Assembly: GCA_964016885.1 (NCBI GenBank)
Contig: OZ024745.1
Span: 110,050,001 to 110,114,000 of the forward strand
Direction: 5' to 3'
DNA length: 64,000 bases
Source: Eledone cirrhosa
Lineage: Eukaryota
Of this stretch, positions 42,591 through 54,989 are shown one piece after another. Numbering within the stretch: position 1 is the stretch's first letter; each line of letters starts with the position of its first letter. The notes under the pieces were generated by a model. That model had not been told where the DNA came from. It made no database searches and worked only from the letters and a program-made list of their open reading frames with translations. The translations under genes and the position numbers were made by a program.

Positions 42591-43464
42591 TAGGTACAAA
42601 CAAGGCTGTATGGTTAAGGAGTTTGTTTCAATTTCATTCCTATTGCCTGGCAATTTGGGATTAGAGTTCTCTACTATAGCCTCTTGTTGACCAGTGCTTT
42701 GGTAGAGGGAAACCTCAAATCCTGGCATGTATGTGTGAGTGTGTGCATGCTTCTATGTGTTTATGCACTATAACTTAGGAATTCAACATAAAGTCCATTT
42801 TCTTGTAAATCTATACTCAATCTTTTCCTAAACCTTCTTGCATATTTACATCGTCCATCAGTTAGTCTTTTGCTATTCAAAGCTCTGCAAGTTTCATTTA
42901 GAAGAGGAGATAAACATTTTTTTTTTTCCAACAATTTACCATGCTTGTTTATTTTCTATGTTTGCCTCATTGTCCCAAAATAATGGGGTGATAATTCTGG
43001 TGGTGATCAGAATGGAATAGCAACAATATCACAAGATAAAGACATACAGAGACACACAAGAACCAAACTAATGAAAGAAACCAAACACACACAGATAGAA
43101 CAAGCAACCAACTAATAACACGTAAATAAATGTATAAATAAATAAATAAAAACACACATGCACACAAATCCGGATATAATACATGCACAGCCCAAGTACA
43201 CAACTCACAAAAACATGATGGTGTAGGACAGAACAATGGAGAGACACAAAATAACAACAAAGGTAGTCACTGAGGAGGTCACAGAATGTGTGACAAAAGT
43301 GCTACGACAATCAAGATCTAAACAATCATCCAGTTATTAAACTAACCAACTGGGAGTTTATAATAAATTGAAGTGATAACCAACAGGTGCATGTGTTTTT
43401 ATTGGCAGCATGACCCTCCCAATGTATAACAATATATATGTGTGTGTATGTGTATTGTTGGCAC

Positions 43465-43808
43465 ACAGAGAGGTGACTAGTATGCATGGGCAACTGATAG
43501 TCTTGCACCAAATACATTTGCCTACGCTTGCTCCTCGAAGGGAACTTTCTCCGTGCTAAACCCATGGTCATTCATGAGGCTCTTTACTCTTCACGCTGTA
43601 ATGTGGCCGTGTAGGCAACACGGTAAAAACCTCCCAGCCCCACACTGTAAATGTGGTTGGTGTTAGGAAGGGCATCCAACTGTAGAAAACCCGCCAGACA
43701 GTCCTATGCGACCAAGACAACCACTCTTGCCTCAAGTGGGAAAACTCCCGTCCAAACCCATGCAAGCATGGAACACGGACATTAAACGATGATGATGATG
43801 ATGATGAT
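43465..43808 (+). mobile_element. RTE-derived SINE body (type of 62355) joined to a family B 3' part
   Basis: ACTAGTATGCATGGG...CCCATGGTCATTCATGA, then CACACTGTAAATGTGGTTGGTGTTAGGAAGGGCATCC and (GAT)n. Confidence 0.65.
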
Positions 43809-43829
43809 ATATATATATATATATATATA

Positions 43830-44111
43830 TATCAAATAAGAGTAGTTAAGATGGGATTATTTCACCATAGGAATCTGATGAAGTCACATGCATAACCATG
43901 TAACAGAAATATATATCATACAATAAAGCAATTATGGTGAAATAATCCCTTCTTAACTACTCTTATTTGATAAATGAATACTCCGTCACTCCTAACCACC
44001 AACTCTTACCTGGGATAAATTACTGCCGTGAAGTGCTTTTGGATCGCTCGGACAGGCTTATCCTCAAGAAGTTATGATGTAACAACCATGTATAAGCAAC
44101 TAATTTTCTCA

Positions 44112-44112
<1 letters not shown>
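43830..44112 (+). mobile_element. Penelope-like pseudo-LTR relic with 40-bp inverted repeat and two hammerhead-like motifs
   Basis: arms 43830-43869 and 43933-43972 (1 mismatch); CTGATGA...GAAA at 43875-43909; AATAAA at 43922; (TA)n on both sides. Confidence 0.65.
43871..43921 (+). ncRNA. minimal type I hammerhead ribozyme-like motif
   Basis: CTGATGA-A-GTCACATG-cataac-CATGTAAC-A-GAAA-TATATA-TC; stem I only partly paired. Confidence 0.5.
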
Positions 44113-44162
<50 letters not shown>

Positions 44163-45117
44163 TCTACATACTGCTAGCATTGTGACACATTTCTTTCATC
44201 AGCTGCTGGCTAGAGATCTGAAGAATTTTAGCATTTACCCATAATATCACTTCCTCCAACATTGATGTTATCAGGGAATGTCTGTAGCAAACTCTGTAGC
44301 TAAAATCTTCCTTTCATTATCCACACAGAAGTATCTATATTGAATAATAAAATAATAACTAAGAGACATCTTTTGTCTACCTTAGGAATTGGAAAAGATA
44401 TTCAAATGTTTCAATATGCTTTGTTTGAAAATAATCTATAAATAAAAAAGAAATGTTCATCTAGTAAAATTTAACATTCCAATGTAATCAGAGTTATATA
44501 GAGAGATGTTCATATGCTTTAAAACACAAATAATATAGTAATATTTTCTTTTCTAATATAGTTACAAAGCCACAAATTTAGTGCGGGGAGAAGATTAGTT
44601 ATTTTACATTGTACTTTTTTTTATCAACCTCGGAAGGATGAAAGCAAAAATTGACCTCAGTGACTATTTCATGCACTCAGAACATAAAGAACTGTAACAG
44701 GGAATTTTGTCCGATACTTTGCCAATTTAGCATGATGTTGATGGTGGTAGTGGGTGCTAATGATGATGATGATAATGATGATGGAAGGGGCGGGGGATGA
44801 TAATGAGAAAGATGTTAATAAAGTGGCTACAAAGATCGACTGTTAATAAGTAAAACAAACAAACAAAAGCGGCACATTCAAATAAAAAATATCTTATGTG
44901 GTATTAGTTCCATCAAGCTTGGCAATCACCATCAAAAATCCAATGAACCAATTATTGGCTCATTGGAAACCTGTAATCAACAAGGCCATTGTTCATCAAT
45001 TTGTATATTGAACAAAATACAGAAATTATATAAGATGCAGGAAACATACATAAAAGCAAAAACAACAACAACAACAACAAAAACAATCATACAAATATAG
45101 AATGTATCAGCCAAAAA

Positions 45118-45331
45118 TTTGTTTCTGATTTAGGTACAAGGCCAGCAATTTTTGGTAGGGTAAAGTCGATTAAGTCAACCCTAGTGCATGACTGGTACTT
45201 TATTTTATCAACCCCATGAGGATGAAAGGCAAATCTAACCTCAGCGGGATTTGAACTCAGATCATAAGGGGACGTTACTCTATGCCATAAAGCATATTGT
45301 CCGACGCTCTACTGATACTGCCAATCCACAG
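45118..45331 (-). mobile_element. family A SINE (long subfamily), full length
   Basis: complete inverted copy; flanks CAGCCAAAAATTTGTT / CAGCCAAATATTGTT. Confidence 0.85.
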
Positions 45332-45727
45332 CCAAATATTGTTGCTAAACCACAAGTTAGCCCTGAACAAGCAGAATTATGAGAAAAAGTATTTCAGCCT
45401 TGGTTGCCTTGCTTTATTTTTCAAGTATTTTATATGCTGAACTATATTTAATTTATTATTCCCTATTTTAAGATGGAGGGTATGAGATGAAACAGAGATT
45501 TGGTTGTTAATTTTAGCAGGTTGAGTAATCACATAGAGGCCCATTCACTAAATTTATATCCCCAGACAAAATCAGGGAAAAAGTCTAAAGCAAATGGATG
45601 GATTTAGCTTAAGAATATATTCACTATGCCACACATCAAAGAAAAAAAAAGATGTATATGAGTGACATGAAGACAAGAGAGAAATGTTGATGAATTAAGA
45701 GTTCCAGATTTCAATCAGACACTAAAT

Positions 45728-45978
45728 CTTCTCCTGCTTCTTCGCCCACTTATTCCTGAGAGGGTCGTGGAGGCAGAGTCCTGAAACACTCCTTCCAGCG
45801 GGTTCTGTCATAAGCAACTGTCTCCAACTAATCCAGCTGGGTCCCCAAGCATGGCCAGCCAAGCTCAAGAATGTTATCCAACCATCTTGTTCGGAGTCTA
45901 CCCCTGGGTCTCTTGCCAGTTAGTTTTGCCCATAAAATCTGTCCAGCAATTCTTTTCTGAGACATTCCAACCACATGC
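45728..45978 (-). mobile_element. Rex3/Expander-like RTE LINE 3' end
   Basis: HVVGMSQKRIAGQILWAKLTGKRPRGRLRTRWLDNILELGWPCLG...RTLPPRP; (GAA)n tail. Confidence 0.8.
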
Positions 45979-46740
45979 ACATAAATACTAAATCATTCAT
46001 CATAATTTTACAATAATAAAGAAAATAATTAGGTTAATGGTAAGGACAGATTTTCATTCAAATTTCATTGTCTATCAAATAAAACAGTTTAAGTTTTAAG
46101 AAAACATATTTTCAGATGGCCAAAGGTATGTAAAAAAAGGTAGGAGCTACAACATATATTTGTTTACTGCTATTAACATCTTTGAGATAACAAGGCAGCT
46201 TCTATATAAGTTAACTTTCCAGAAATAACAGCCAAATGCCCATCAAATCACACCATATAATATTATAAAAGGAAGCAGATAGTATATAATGCTGACCTAG
46301 ATACACAAGCATTTTTTTAAAGTCAATTTTCTTTGCTAAACCAAGCCTTGAGGACCACATGACAGGTTTCATAGTCATCATGAGGTCCTTTTTTAGGTAA
46401 TATTTTACAGCTGGATGTCCCTCCTAGTTCCAACCCTTTTAGTTGCTTCTTAAGACACATATGAACTTTATGTACCTATTGTAAACTGGATACACACAGT
46501 ATTAGATACACAATATCTATAGAAAAAATGATTTGATAATCGTAGTTGGAACACCTTTCAGCATATGTGTGCAAAATCAGAGTAAATTTGTTGCTAAACA
46601 ACAATAACAACAAATTTAAGATTTACAAATCTTTGAAATGTATTTTAGAATTACATGGTGAAATTTAGTTTTGTTTTCAGTGTCAATTGGTCAAATTAAT
46701 TTCAGGTAACGTAAAAGAATTTCACATCCAACATGATTAA

Positions 46741-46948
46741 CCATTTAGCATTTATATTACTCTATATTTACTATTGTATTTTCACAGAAAAGGCTTTACC
46801 TCACATAATATCGAATTTACGAGATTATGATATTATTTATTTTCAGAACAATACCTTAAAGTCAGTATGAGAGGCCAATTATGATTGGTTTGAACAGAAA
46901 GAGGTGAGAAAATTCTGGCCAGATACAGCCGGTTCAAATGCTAAAGAG
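46741..46948 (-). mobile_element. family P1 piggyBac-type MITE, complete
   Basis: TTAA-CCATTTAGCATT...AATGCTAAAGAG-TTAA; inverted copy of 28-235. Confidence 0.8.
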
Positions 46949-48170
46949 TTAAGTAAAAATGAAGGGTTCTTAATATTAAGGGCAATCTTTTTCTTCCTCT
47001 TCTTCTTGGTGACAGACATATACTCCCTGAACTCATAGCTGTTGACTGACATTCTGTTCATTGTTAACTAGAATTGCCTTAGGAATTTTCTTTTTCTGTT
47101 GTCTCAAAACTATAATTATGGCAAATTTTGTTCAAAGATTGTTTAAAATTTTAATTAAATATGTTTATTTAACAATTTTGCAGCATTTATTAATATTATT
47201 ACTACTATTAGTATTATTTTTATTGTGTGTTGTCACTGCATTACCAAGCACATCTCTGCACCATGGGTATTGCAGTGTTTAGCAGTAGTTTTCCGTATGT
47301 TCTAATATATTTTTAAGTCCTGGGGTTTCCTATTAATATTATTATTATTATTATTGTTATTATTACTACTATTATAGAAATAACATGTTTATCAGCTCTT
47401 TTCACAAAAAATTTCAAAAACTAAGGACACTAGGTAGAGACCTCCAACTAAGAAATTTTGAAACCATTATTTTTTTTACAAAACTTTCCTGTTCTTTCAG
47501 CCAAGATTTTGCCGCTTTCCTTTGTGTGTGTGTGTCTGTCTGTCTGTGGGTGTGTATGGTAGGGGTGTAGATATGCATGCATGAGCGTAGTTAAGTGATT
47601 AGTTTTTGGAAAAAATTAAAAAAAGAGTCAAAGAAATGGCTTTGGAAAGATGGAATTTTCTGGTAAACATACCTATCTTCAGTATGACTATACAGTGCCA
47701 ATTTCATATGTTAGTCCACTTGGTTGCCCTTTCTTAGCAGAGGTTTTTTTCTAAATATACTCCAGACAAAACTCAAATACCTTTACAGAATTAAAGAAGT
47801 CAAAAAGGTTACTTATACTTGCCTTCCTCATGCAGTGATGCATTTAGAAAAGGAACCCTTAGCCAATTTTCACTTCAATGTTCAAATGGAATTCAAGCAA
47901 TTCTTTAATATACAACTATTTAAAAGATGGTGGTGTTTAGTTTTCATCTTGAGTCACTGAATCCAATCTTGACCAGGGTGATAACATTTTTAGGTTTCAC
48001 TCACAGGTACCATTATCACCATTACATTCATTTTCCCTTGCAAGCGTTTATTTTCAATGATAAACACATTTAATTTGAATAAAATGGTGTCCCTAATTCC
48101 TTGATACCTGAGCATGTGCTTATTTTGCATAATGGTTAATTTGGCTCTGGTATATCCATTTGTGAATTCA

Positions 48171-48277
48171 AATGGCTTAGTAGAGAATTGGATTTGCAAT
48201 TGTGAGGTTGCGAGTTCAATTCTTTGGCTGGGCAATGCATTATGTCCTTAAGCAAGATACTTTATTTTATGTTGTTC
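48171..48277 (+). mobile_element. tRNA/CORE-like SINE head
   Basis: ATGGCTTAGTAGAG...GAGTTCAATTC...TCCTTAAGCAAGATACTTTATTT, same family as 23750-23857. Confidence 0.65.
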
Positions 48278-49239
48278 TTTCTGACAGGAGTTGTGACTAG
48301 CAGATATTATCAGCAATATAAATGGTCTGATTAGATGAGCTCCACCCTACACGGCAGGCAAATGAAGCCTGGTAACAAGTTGATTGATTTGATTAATCAA
48401 TAAACATTTTGCATAATGGCTAGTTAATCCAGCCCTGGTTGGTGCTCAGTTTAATCTTCTGTAGGTTAATGTCTACAGGAAAAATGCGGACAATACAGGA
48501 ATTCCAGATGGTTACAGAAATGTTTAGTCTGAAATTTAGTTAGTGAAACATATTAAGAATGACGAGAGGAAAATAGTTAGGTACATCTAATGAACTTGGA
48601 TGGAGGTAGCTTGCAGGTAGCTAGTTCAAAGAAGCAATGATAAATATAAGGCAGGAGATGTGCCAGATAGAAAACAAAACAGCATAGCTATGTGCCAATG
48701 TTTTTGGTGGATTGGTGAGTGAATTTTAGCATTTGTCCAGAAAGAAGTGTACTTCAACATTACAACGTAAGATGTCAGAATGTTTGATGTTAGTTAGTTC
48801 TAAGTTATATATTACAATGATTTCAAATTAAAACTTCACTTCTATTAATTAATGTTAACTATAAATAAACACCTTGTAGCATTACAGAACTGTTGCAAGA
48901 AACTATAAAGAGAAACAAACTTAAATGCAAAGTATTTGAAATTTATATTCTTCTTCTTCGCCTACTTATTCCTGAAAGTTATATTGCTAGGTAAAATGTT
49001 AAATACTAAAGCATCAAAGGAGATGTGGCTTCGTTCAATTTAAATAGAAAATTGCATTTAGGTTTAACAGAAATAGTCATATTCCTGAGAATTACCAGAA
49101 TTCACCAAGGCCAACTTTGCTTTTCATCCTTCTAAGAGTCAATAAAATAAAAACTAGTCATGTTGTGATGTTGATATAATTAAATAATACCACTCACCCA
49201 AATCCAATCCTCATATCCTATGTTAATAATCAATATATA

Positions 49240-49640
49240 TATAGTGTAGCATTAACATATAGAGTAGTATTAACATATATAGAGTAGTGTTAACATATAT
49301 AGAGTGGTGTTAACATATATATAGAGTAGTATTAACATATATAGAGTAGTATTAACATATATAGAGTAGTATTAACATATATAGAGTAGCATTAATACGG
49401 GGTCAATAAAATAAAGTACCAGTAATATACTGAGTAATTGCTGGCCTTGTGCCTAAAATAGAAACAATTAATATATAGAGTAGCATTAATATATAGAGTA
49501 GCATTAATATATTGAGTAGCATTAATATATTGAGTAGCATTAATATATTGAGTTTCATTAATATATAGAGTAGCATTAATATATAGAGTAGCATTAATAT
49601 ATTGAGTAGCATTAATATATTGAGTAGCATTAATATATAA
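49240..49640. repeat. 18-22-bp minisatellite interrupted by a SINE tail (49397-49470)
   Basis: units ATATAGAGTAGTATTAAC (left) and ATATTGAGTAGCATTAAT (right). Confidence 0.88.
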
Positions 49641-51828
49641 TCTTACTATTTATTTCTAATTAGTAGTTAGAAGTTCTTTATGTATCTTAGTAATAGAATA
49701 GGAAAATGTAGAGATATCAAAGCTTCCCATTTCATTGCAGTAAGATGTAATGTTTAATTAAAAAGCCATTATTATTTATAGATTATATTTTTCTAATACT
49801 TTGAAGAAAGACAGATAAATCAAAGACTAATTGGGATTGAACTGATGTTGAAATGTTTATAGGGCTAGAGGCTCTATTTGTACCCAACAAAAAATGGCTA
49901 GATTCGTTCTTACAGTAGCCCCAAATTGTTAGCCATTTCAAAAATTGTTTTGACTAACTGTATTAGCAAGAGTATATATTTTTTTTGTTTTTTTCAATTC
50001 TATAATTTGGATAACAGTTGTCTTAGTTGTTTTTCCTATCTAACATAATTGTTCTGGCACTGAGACAAATATCTGAGGGGATAATGAGATCTGGGAAAGA
50101 ACACAAGTGATTCAACAGGAAAATCTATGTTAACATACATGTGTTTATTTCGTTTCTATGGCCATTTGGCAAAGATGAAGTCTAAAATATTAAAAGCCTC
50201 TTTAAAAAGAAAGTAAATGTGAACAAATGAGGAAGAAAAGAATGAAAACCATAAATGTAGTGATTAGGATAATGATAGTGATGACTATGACAAGGAGAAA
50301 TAATGAAATCCATTAATTTGGTCTTTAACCGCAAATTGAAAAGATTTATAATTTATGGTCCATGAGACTGGATGTTGATGCCATAGACACTACATACAAT
50401 AGTAAAGCAATGCAAAATATTAAAGTTGATTCCAATTGGCGAAACTGTAAGTAAGTTATTATGGCAGGTGTCAAAAGAAATTTTCCTTTTTTTCATTGAA
50501 AAAAGGCAAGTAAACATAACTCATAATAAAAAATTCTGGTAAATTTTGCAAACAAAGAATGTAACAATTTTGATAGTTAAACTGTTAGGTAAAATTTACA
50601 TACAAAAATAGGCATTGGAAGGCATTTTAGTTTTCAGGAATGATTAATGAGAATAAGACCAAATATTTGATTTTTCATGGAAACATCAGATCATAAGATA
50701 ATCTCAACAGGATGATTTGATTGTTTGAAGACTATATTTAGATTAATGGTATAGGTAAAAAAAACAAAAATAGGTAGAAATGATAGAATTGACCTCAGCA
50801 TTTTTTTTTTCTTAGAACAATCTAGAGATTAGAGATAAAAATGAAAGTATATATAGATAAATTTTAAACATTAACAAATCTATGCACTGTTCAATTCAAT
50901 TTGTCAAAGTAGTTTTACAAATACAATTAAAAGAACAACAAACATTAAATGGACAAAGAATTCAGTTGGCAACTCAGTATTAGTTTCACTTAAGTGAACA
51001 TTATTAGATAAGGGAAATTTAAATAACAATAAAACATAAGAATGTGATAACATGAATCTTAGAGACAAAACAAATTTATTGTCCTTTGCAAACAATAAAC
51101 TTCATTGTATCCATTATAATCATTATTTTAGTATCCATTTCTGCAATGTTGCATGAGTCTACAATACAACATCTACCATGCATCTTTGTGGCCTGCCATT
51201 CTCAGATCTGACATAATCACTGACTCCTAAATATTCTTTTGTCTACCTCTACAACAAGCACTGTCTACTGTCAACATATAGTATATTTCCACTCAGTATT
51301 TATTATCCATTTATATTAGATGAAAAAAGCAGCAGAGTCATCTCTCCTCCTCTCACTAGCACGTATACACAACACCCATAACACCTCACCCCATTTGAAA
51401 TTCGTCTTTCTTATAAATCAATGATACACATCCAATAAACCAATCTAAGCCCATTCTCCTCTAATAACTGCTGTTCAACATTCAAAACCCCTGCAATAAT
51501 GCTCAAAACATACACACATACATACACACCATTTTTACTGTCTGCTTCCTGCTTGGAATAAAACCATTTTATTGCTGATAACAGAAAGAGTTTCCAAAAT
51601 CATTTATTCCATGATCACTATAATCTCACAAAAACCATTCCCCTATATAACAGAAGCTATCCACTATTTCCTACAACCCATCTAACTAATAACAATGCAC
51701 CTAGGATTTTAGTTTGTTTTCTAAATATTGAACTTTTCTCTCAGTTTTCAATAGAAAAGTCCTCAATGAAATGTAATCTTGAAAGTCTTAAGTGATTATT
51801 TCAAACAGTATTATTTAAAGAAAAGAGC

Positions 51829-52009
51829 GGTGGATTGGCAGTATCGGTAGAGGGTCGGACGCCATGCTTTCCAGCATAGTTACGTCCCTTTACGATCTGA
51901 GTTCAAATCCCGCCGAGGTTGACTTTGCCTTTCATCCTTAAGGGGTCGATAAAATAAAGTACCAGTAATGCACTGGGTAATTGCTGGCCTTGTGCCTAAA
52001 GTAGAAACA
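51829..52009 (+). mobile_element. young family A SINE with perfect 19-bp TSD
   Basis: ATTATTTAAAGAAAAGAGC at 51810-51828 and 52010-52028. Confidence 0.93.
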
Positions 52010-52127
52010 ATTATTTAAAGAAAAGAGCAAAGGTGACATGATAGATACCTAACAGCATACTAAGTTCCCCAATGAATTCACTCTCCCAGGATTTCTGGCC
52101 TTGTGCTTTGATCAGAAAATATTATTT

Positions 52128-52350
52128 TAGGGCAGCAGATTGGCAGAGAGAGAGTTTCAGATAGATTACTTTGCAGTATTCATTCTGGCTGTCCAGTTGT
52201 GCTCTGCGTTCAAGTCCTACCAGTGAACTTTGCCTTTCATTCCTCAAGAGTAAATAAAATAAGGTACCAGTTAAGAACTGGGGTTGATATAATCAGCTTT
52301 CCTTTTCAACCAAATTACGGGCTTAGTACTTATATTAGAAGCGATTATTA
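52128..52350 (+). mobile_element. older family A-related SINE
   Basis: GGGCAGCAGATTGGCAGAG...ACTTTGCCTTTCATTCCTC...AAGGTACCAG...ATTATT tail. Confidence 0.65.
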
Positions 52351-52369
52351 TTAATTATTATATGTTTAG

Positions 52370-52850
52370 AGCAGTGGATTGGCTGTATTGGTAGAACATC
52401 GAACACCATGCTTTGTAGCATAGAGTTACGGCCCTTTACATTTTGAGTTCAAATCCCACCAAGGAAGTGTATAGCCACAACTGAAAATAATTTGATAATT
52501 TCTAACAAAGATGCCTCCCAAAGATTCTGGGAATTAGATGGCAAGAAAAGATCACAAACGAAGATGTGCTTTGAAGAGCCAGTACAACATGTCTTACCCT
52601 TAAGAGCAGAAGAATGCAGCAGGCCATGTCCTATGAATGGAGGACAATATACCAGCAAGAACTGCAATGTCATGATTGCCAACTGGTGGGAAAAGACCAA
52701 AGGGTAGGCCAAAGAAGACCTGGAGGTCCACTCTAAAAGATGACCTGTGCAGGTATGGCACAAACTGGCTTCAAGCACTAATACTTGCCAGTGACAGAGA
52801 AAGATGGAAGAGCATAGTGACCCATTGTCCTGGGGTTGGAGGACCTAGAT
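52370..52850 (+). mobile_element. family A SINE head joined to an RTE LINE 3' fragment
   Basis: head ends at GTTCAAATCCCACCAAGG (about 52463); then RCLPKILGIRWQEKITNEDVL...GKRPKGRPKKTWRSTLKDDL...ASDRERWK. Confidence 0.8.
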
Positions 52851-54104
52851 GACTATCTAGTTGGAAAGTTAACTGATTTTTGATAAAGAGTAAACAATAT
52901 AATTTACATATTTGAATATTGTATGAATCATTTTTAGGAATTTGTCAACAAACCATGTATTCTAACCAATCATTTAGCTTCAATTTTGTGAAATGTTTGA
53001 TAATGTGTAACATGACCCTGTACATATGCATCTTTTAAAAAACCATTTGACCTAATACAAAAAGTTTGCTCCAATGATGGCTGATCATATCAGAGATCAA
53101 TTAATGACTATTAAGATTTATGTAAATGCCTTTGTTTCAAATTGTTGCACATATCAGCCATTTTAAGGCTATATTACCAATTTATTATTAGCTTATTGTT
53201 TAAAAAAACACAATATTTTTTAAAAACATAATCTTATACATTAGCAATGATTTAAAGTGTAAAGAAAATCATTTTCATTGGCTTCTAACGGGAATTAGCA
53301 ACTTGTTATAAGCTATTGTGTAAAAGCCCCACTTCTTTTCATCAACATTTCTTTGCTGTATTGAATTCGTAAAAAAATACTTGATTTAATCAATGATTAG
53401 CTGTAAAAATTAATTCATTATTACTTTGTAATTAATTAGACACTTCAAAAATAAATAATGAGCATTGATTTGAAAGCAAATAAAAGCTGTTAGTAAGGAA
53501 ATCAAAATAGTCTTTGAAAACATCAAACTTGACTTTAAACTGCTTTGTTTTTTTTAACTTGTAAGCTTTTATTGCGTCATATCTGAAGGACTTGTGTTGA
53601 AAGGCTTAATGAAAAAAATAGACATTATTTTGCAAATTATATTAACTGTAAAATAGTTTAATTTATTAATAAAGAATGTTTGTGTAGAGGAAGCTGTATT
53701 TTTATTATAGAAACAGCATGTAAAAATACTTTATAGCTTTCTATTTTTATCTTTAATTTTATCATTTACTTCAAAATATGAGATTGGTTACACTTTTGAT
53801 CCTTAATGTGATGTGCTAATGAATACTGAATCCAAAGACATTTTAGTTGTAAAAATTGTTGCTACCAACACTAACATATTTTACCTTGGCTACTGTATTG
53901 TGTAACTCTTCTGGATAGGGCAACTAAATACATATTAATTGTTTACATAGATATAGGGTAAAGACACTCTTCAGTCATGAATGGCCATGAGATTTGTACC
54001 TAGAAAGATCCTTTTGAGGACTGGCTGGTCTGTGATGACATGCTTGAACCCTTGATAGCAGGGAAAACAAGTTTTAAATGATCATCATCATACACATACA
54101 CACA

Positions 54105-54260
54105 CTGATGAAGTCAATAATTTATTATGTAATGCATACGATTGAGCATGGGATTTTGTAGTCAGTGCATGTAGACAGTTATTGTACAGAAACATATGTT
54201 AAAGAATGAACCGAACTCTCAATAAAATTCTTCCTGCCTAGTTATTCCTGTTTTTCCTGG
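54105..54260 (+). ncRNA. hammerhead-like motif with long stem II, in a putative PLE pseudo-LTR relic
   Basis: CTGATGA-A-GTCAATAA...TTATTGTAC-A-GAAA-CATATG-TT; AATAAA at 54221; the stem I 5' strand is replaced by (CA)n. Confidence 0.45.
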
Positions 54261-54273
54261 TACCATACTTATT

Positions 54274-54500
54274 GGGGGGGGGGGGGGTCGATTTAATCGT
54301 TACTGGAACTTTATTTTATCAACCTAGGCGGGATTTGAAGGGTCTGAGTTCAAATCCCGCCTAGGTTAACTTTGCCTTTTATCCTTACGAGGTTGATAAA
54401 ATAAAGTACCAGTAACGTACCGGGGGCGATTTAATCGACTTTCCCCTCCCCCCCAAATTACTGGCCTTGTGCCTATACTAAAATCATCATCATTATTATT
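54274..54500 (+). mobile_element. family A SINE with 5' inverted (fold-back) duplication
   Basis: 54274-54339 is a deleted reverse complement of 54349-54454. Confidence 0.8.
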
Positions 54501-54504
54501 ATTA

Positions 54505-54723
54505 GTTGATTGGCAGAATGGGTAGAGCGTCAGACACCATGCTTCGCAGCATCGAGTTATGGCCCTTTACGTTCTGAATTCAAATCCTGCCGAGGTTAAC
54601 TTTGCCATTCATCCTTATGGAGGTTGATAAAATAAAGCTCCAGTAATGCACTGGGGTCGATTTAATCGACTTTCCCCACCCCTTCAGATTGCTGGCCTTG
54701 TGCCTAAAGTAGAAACAATTATT
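54505..54723 (+). mobile_element. family A SINE (long subfamily)
   Basis: full head-core-tail including GGGGTCGATTTAATCGACTTTCCCC. Confidence 0.88.
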
Positions 54724-54940
54724 ATATATATATATATTTGTTGTGTTCACACTGGTCTGAGGATCAGGGATGACTCCCAGATCATGAGCTGGCTGCCTGG
54801 GAAACATTTGTAACCGGGTTGAGCAATAAATCTCATATGTAACAACTCCACTTTGTTCTTATTATATACACTCTGCTCTGCCTCGAGTACTGACATTGGT
54901 AGTCTCACCAGCTTTTTTTCAGACTTACTGAACCTTTTGC

Positions 54941-54975
<35 letters not shown>

Positions 54976-54989
54976 ACTTCAGCATTTGG

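Noticed and set aside
47190-47335. Possible R4/Dong-like LINE 3' tip in (TAA)n
   Set aside because: Only a few residues of resemblance (LLNTA); too weak to call.
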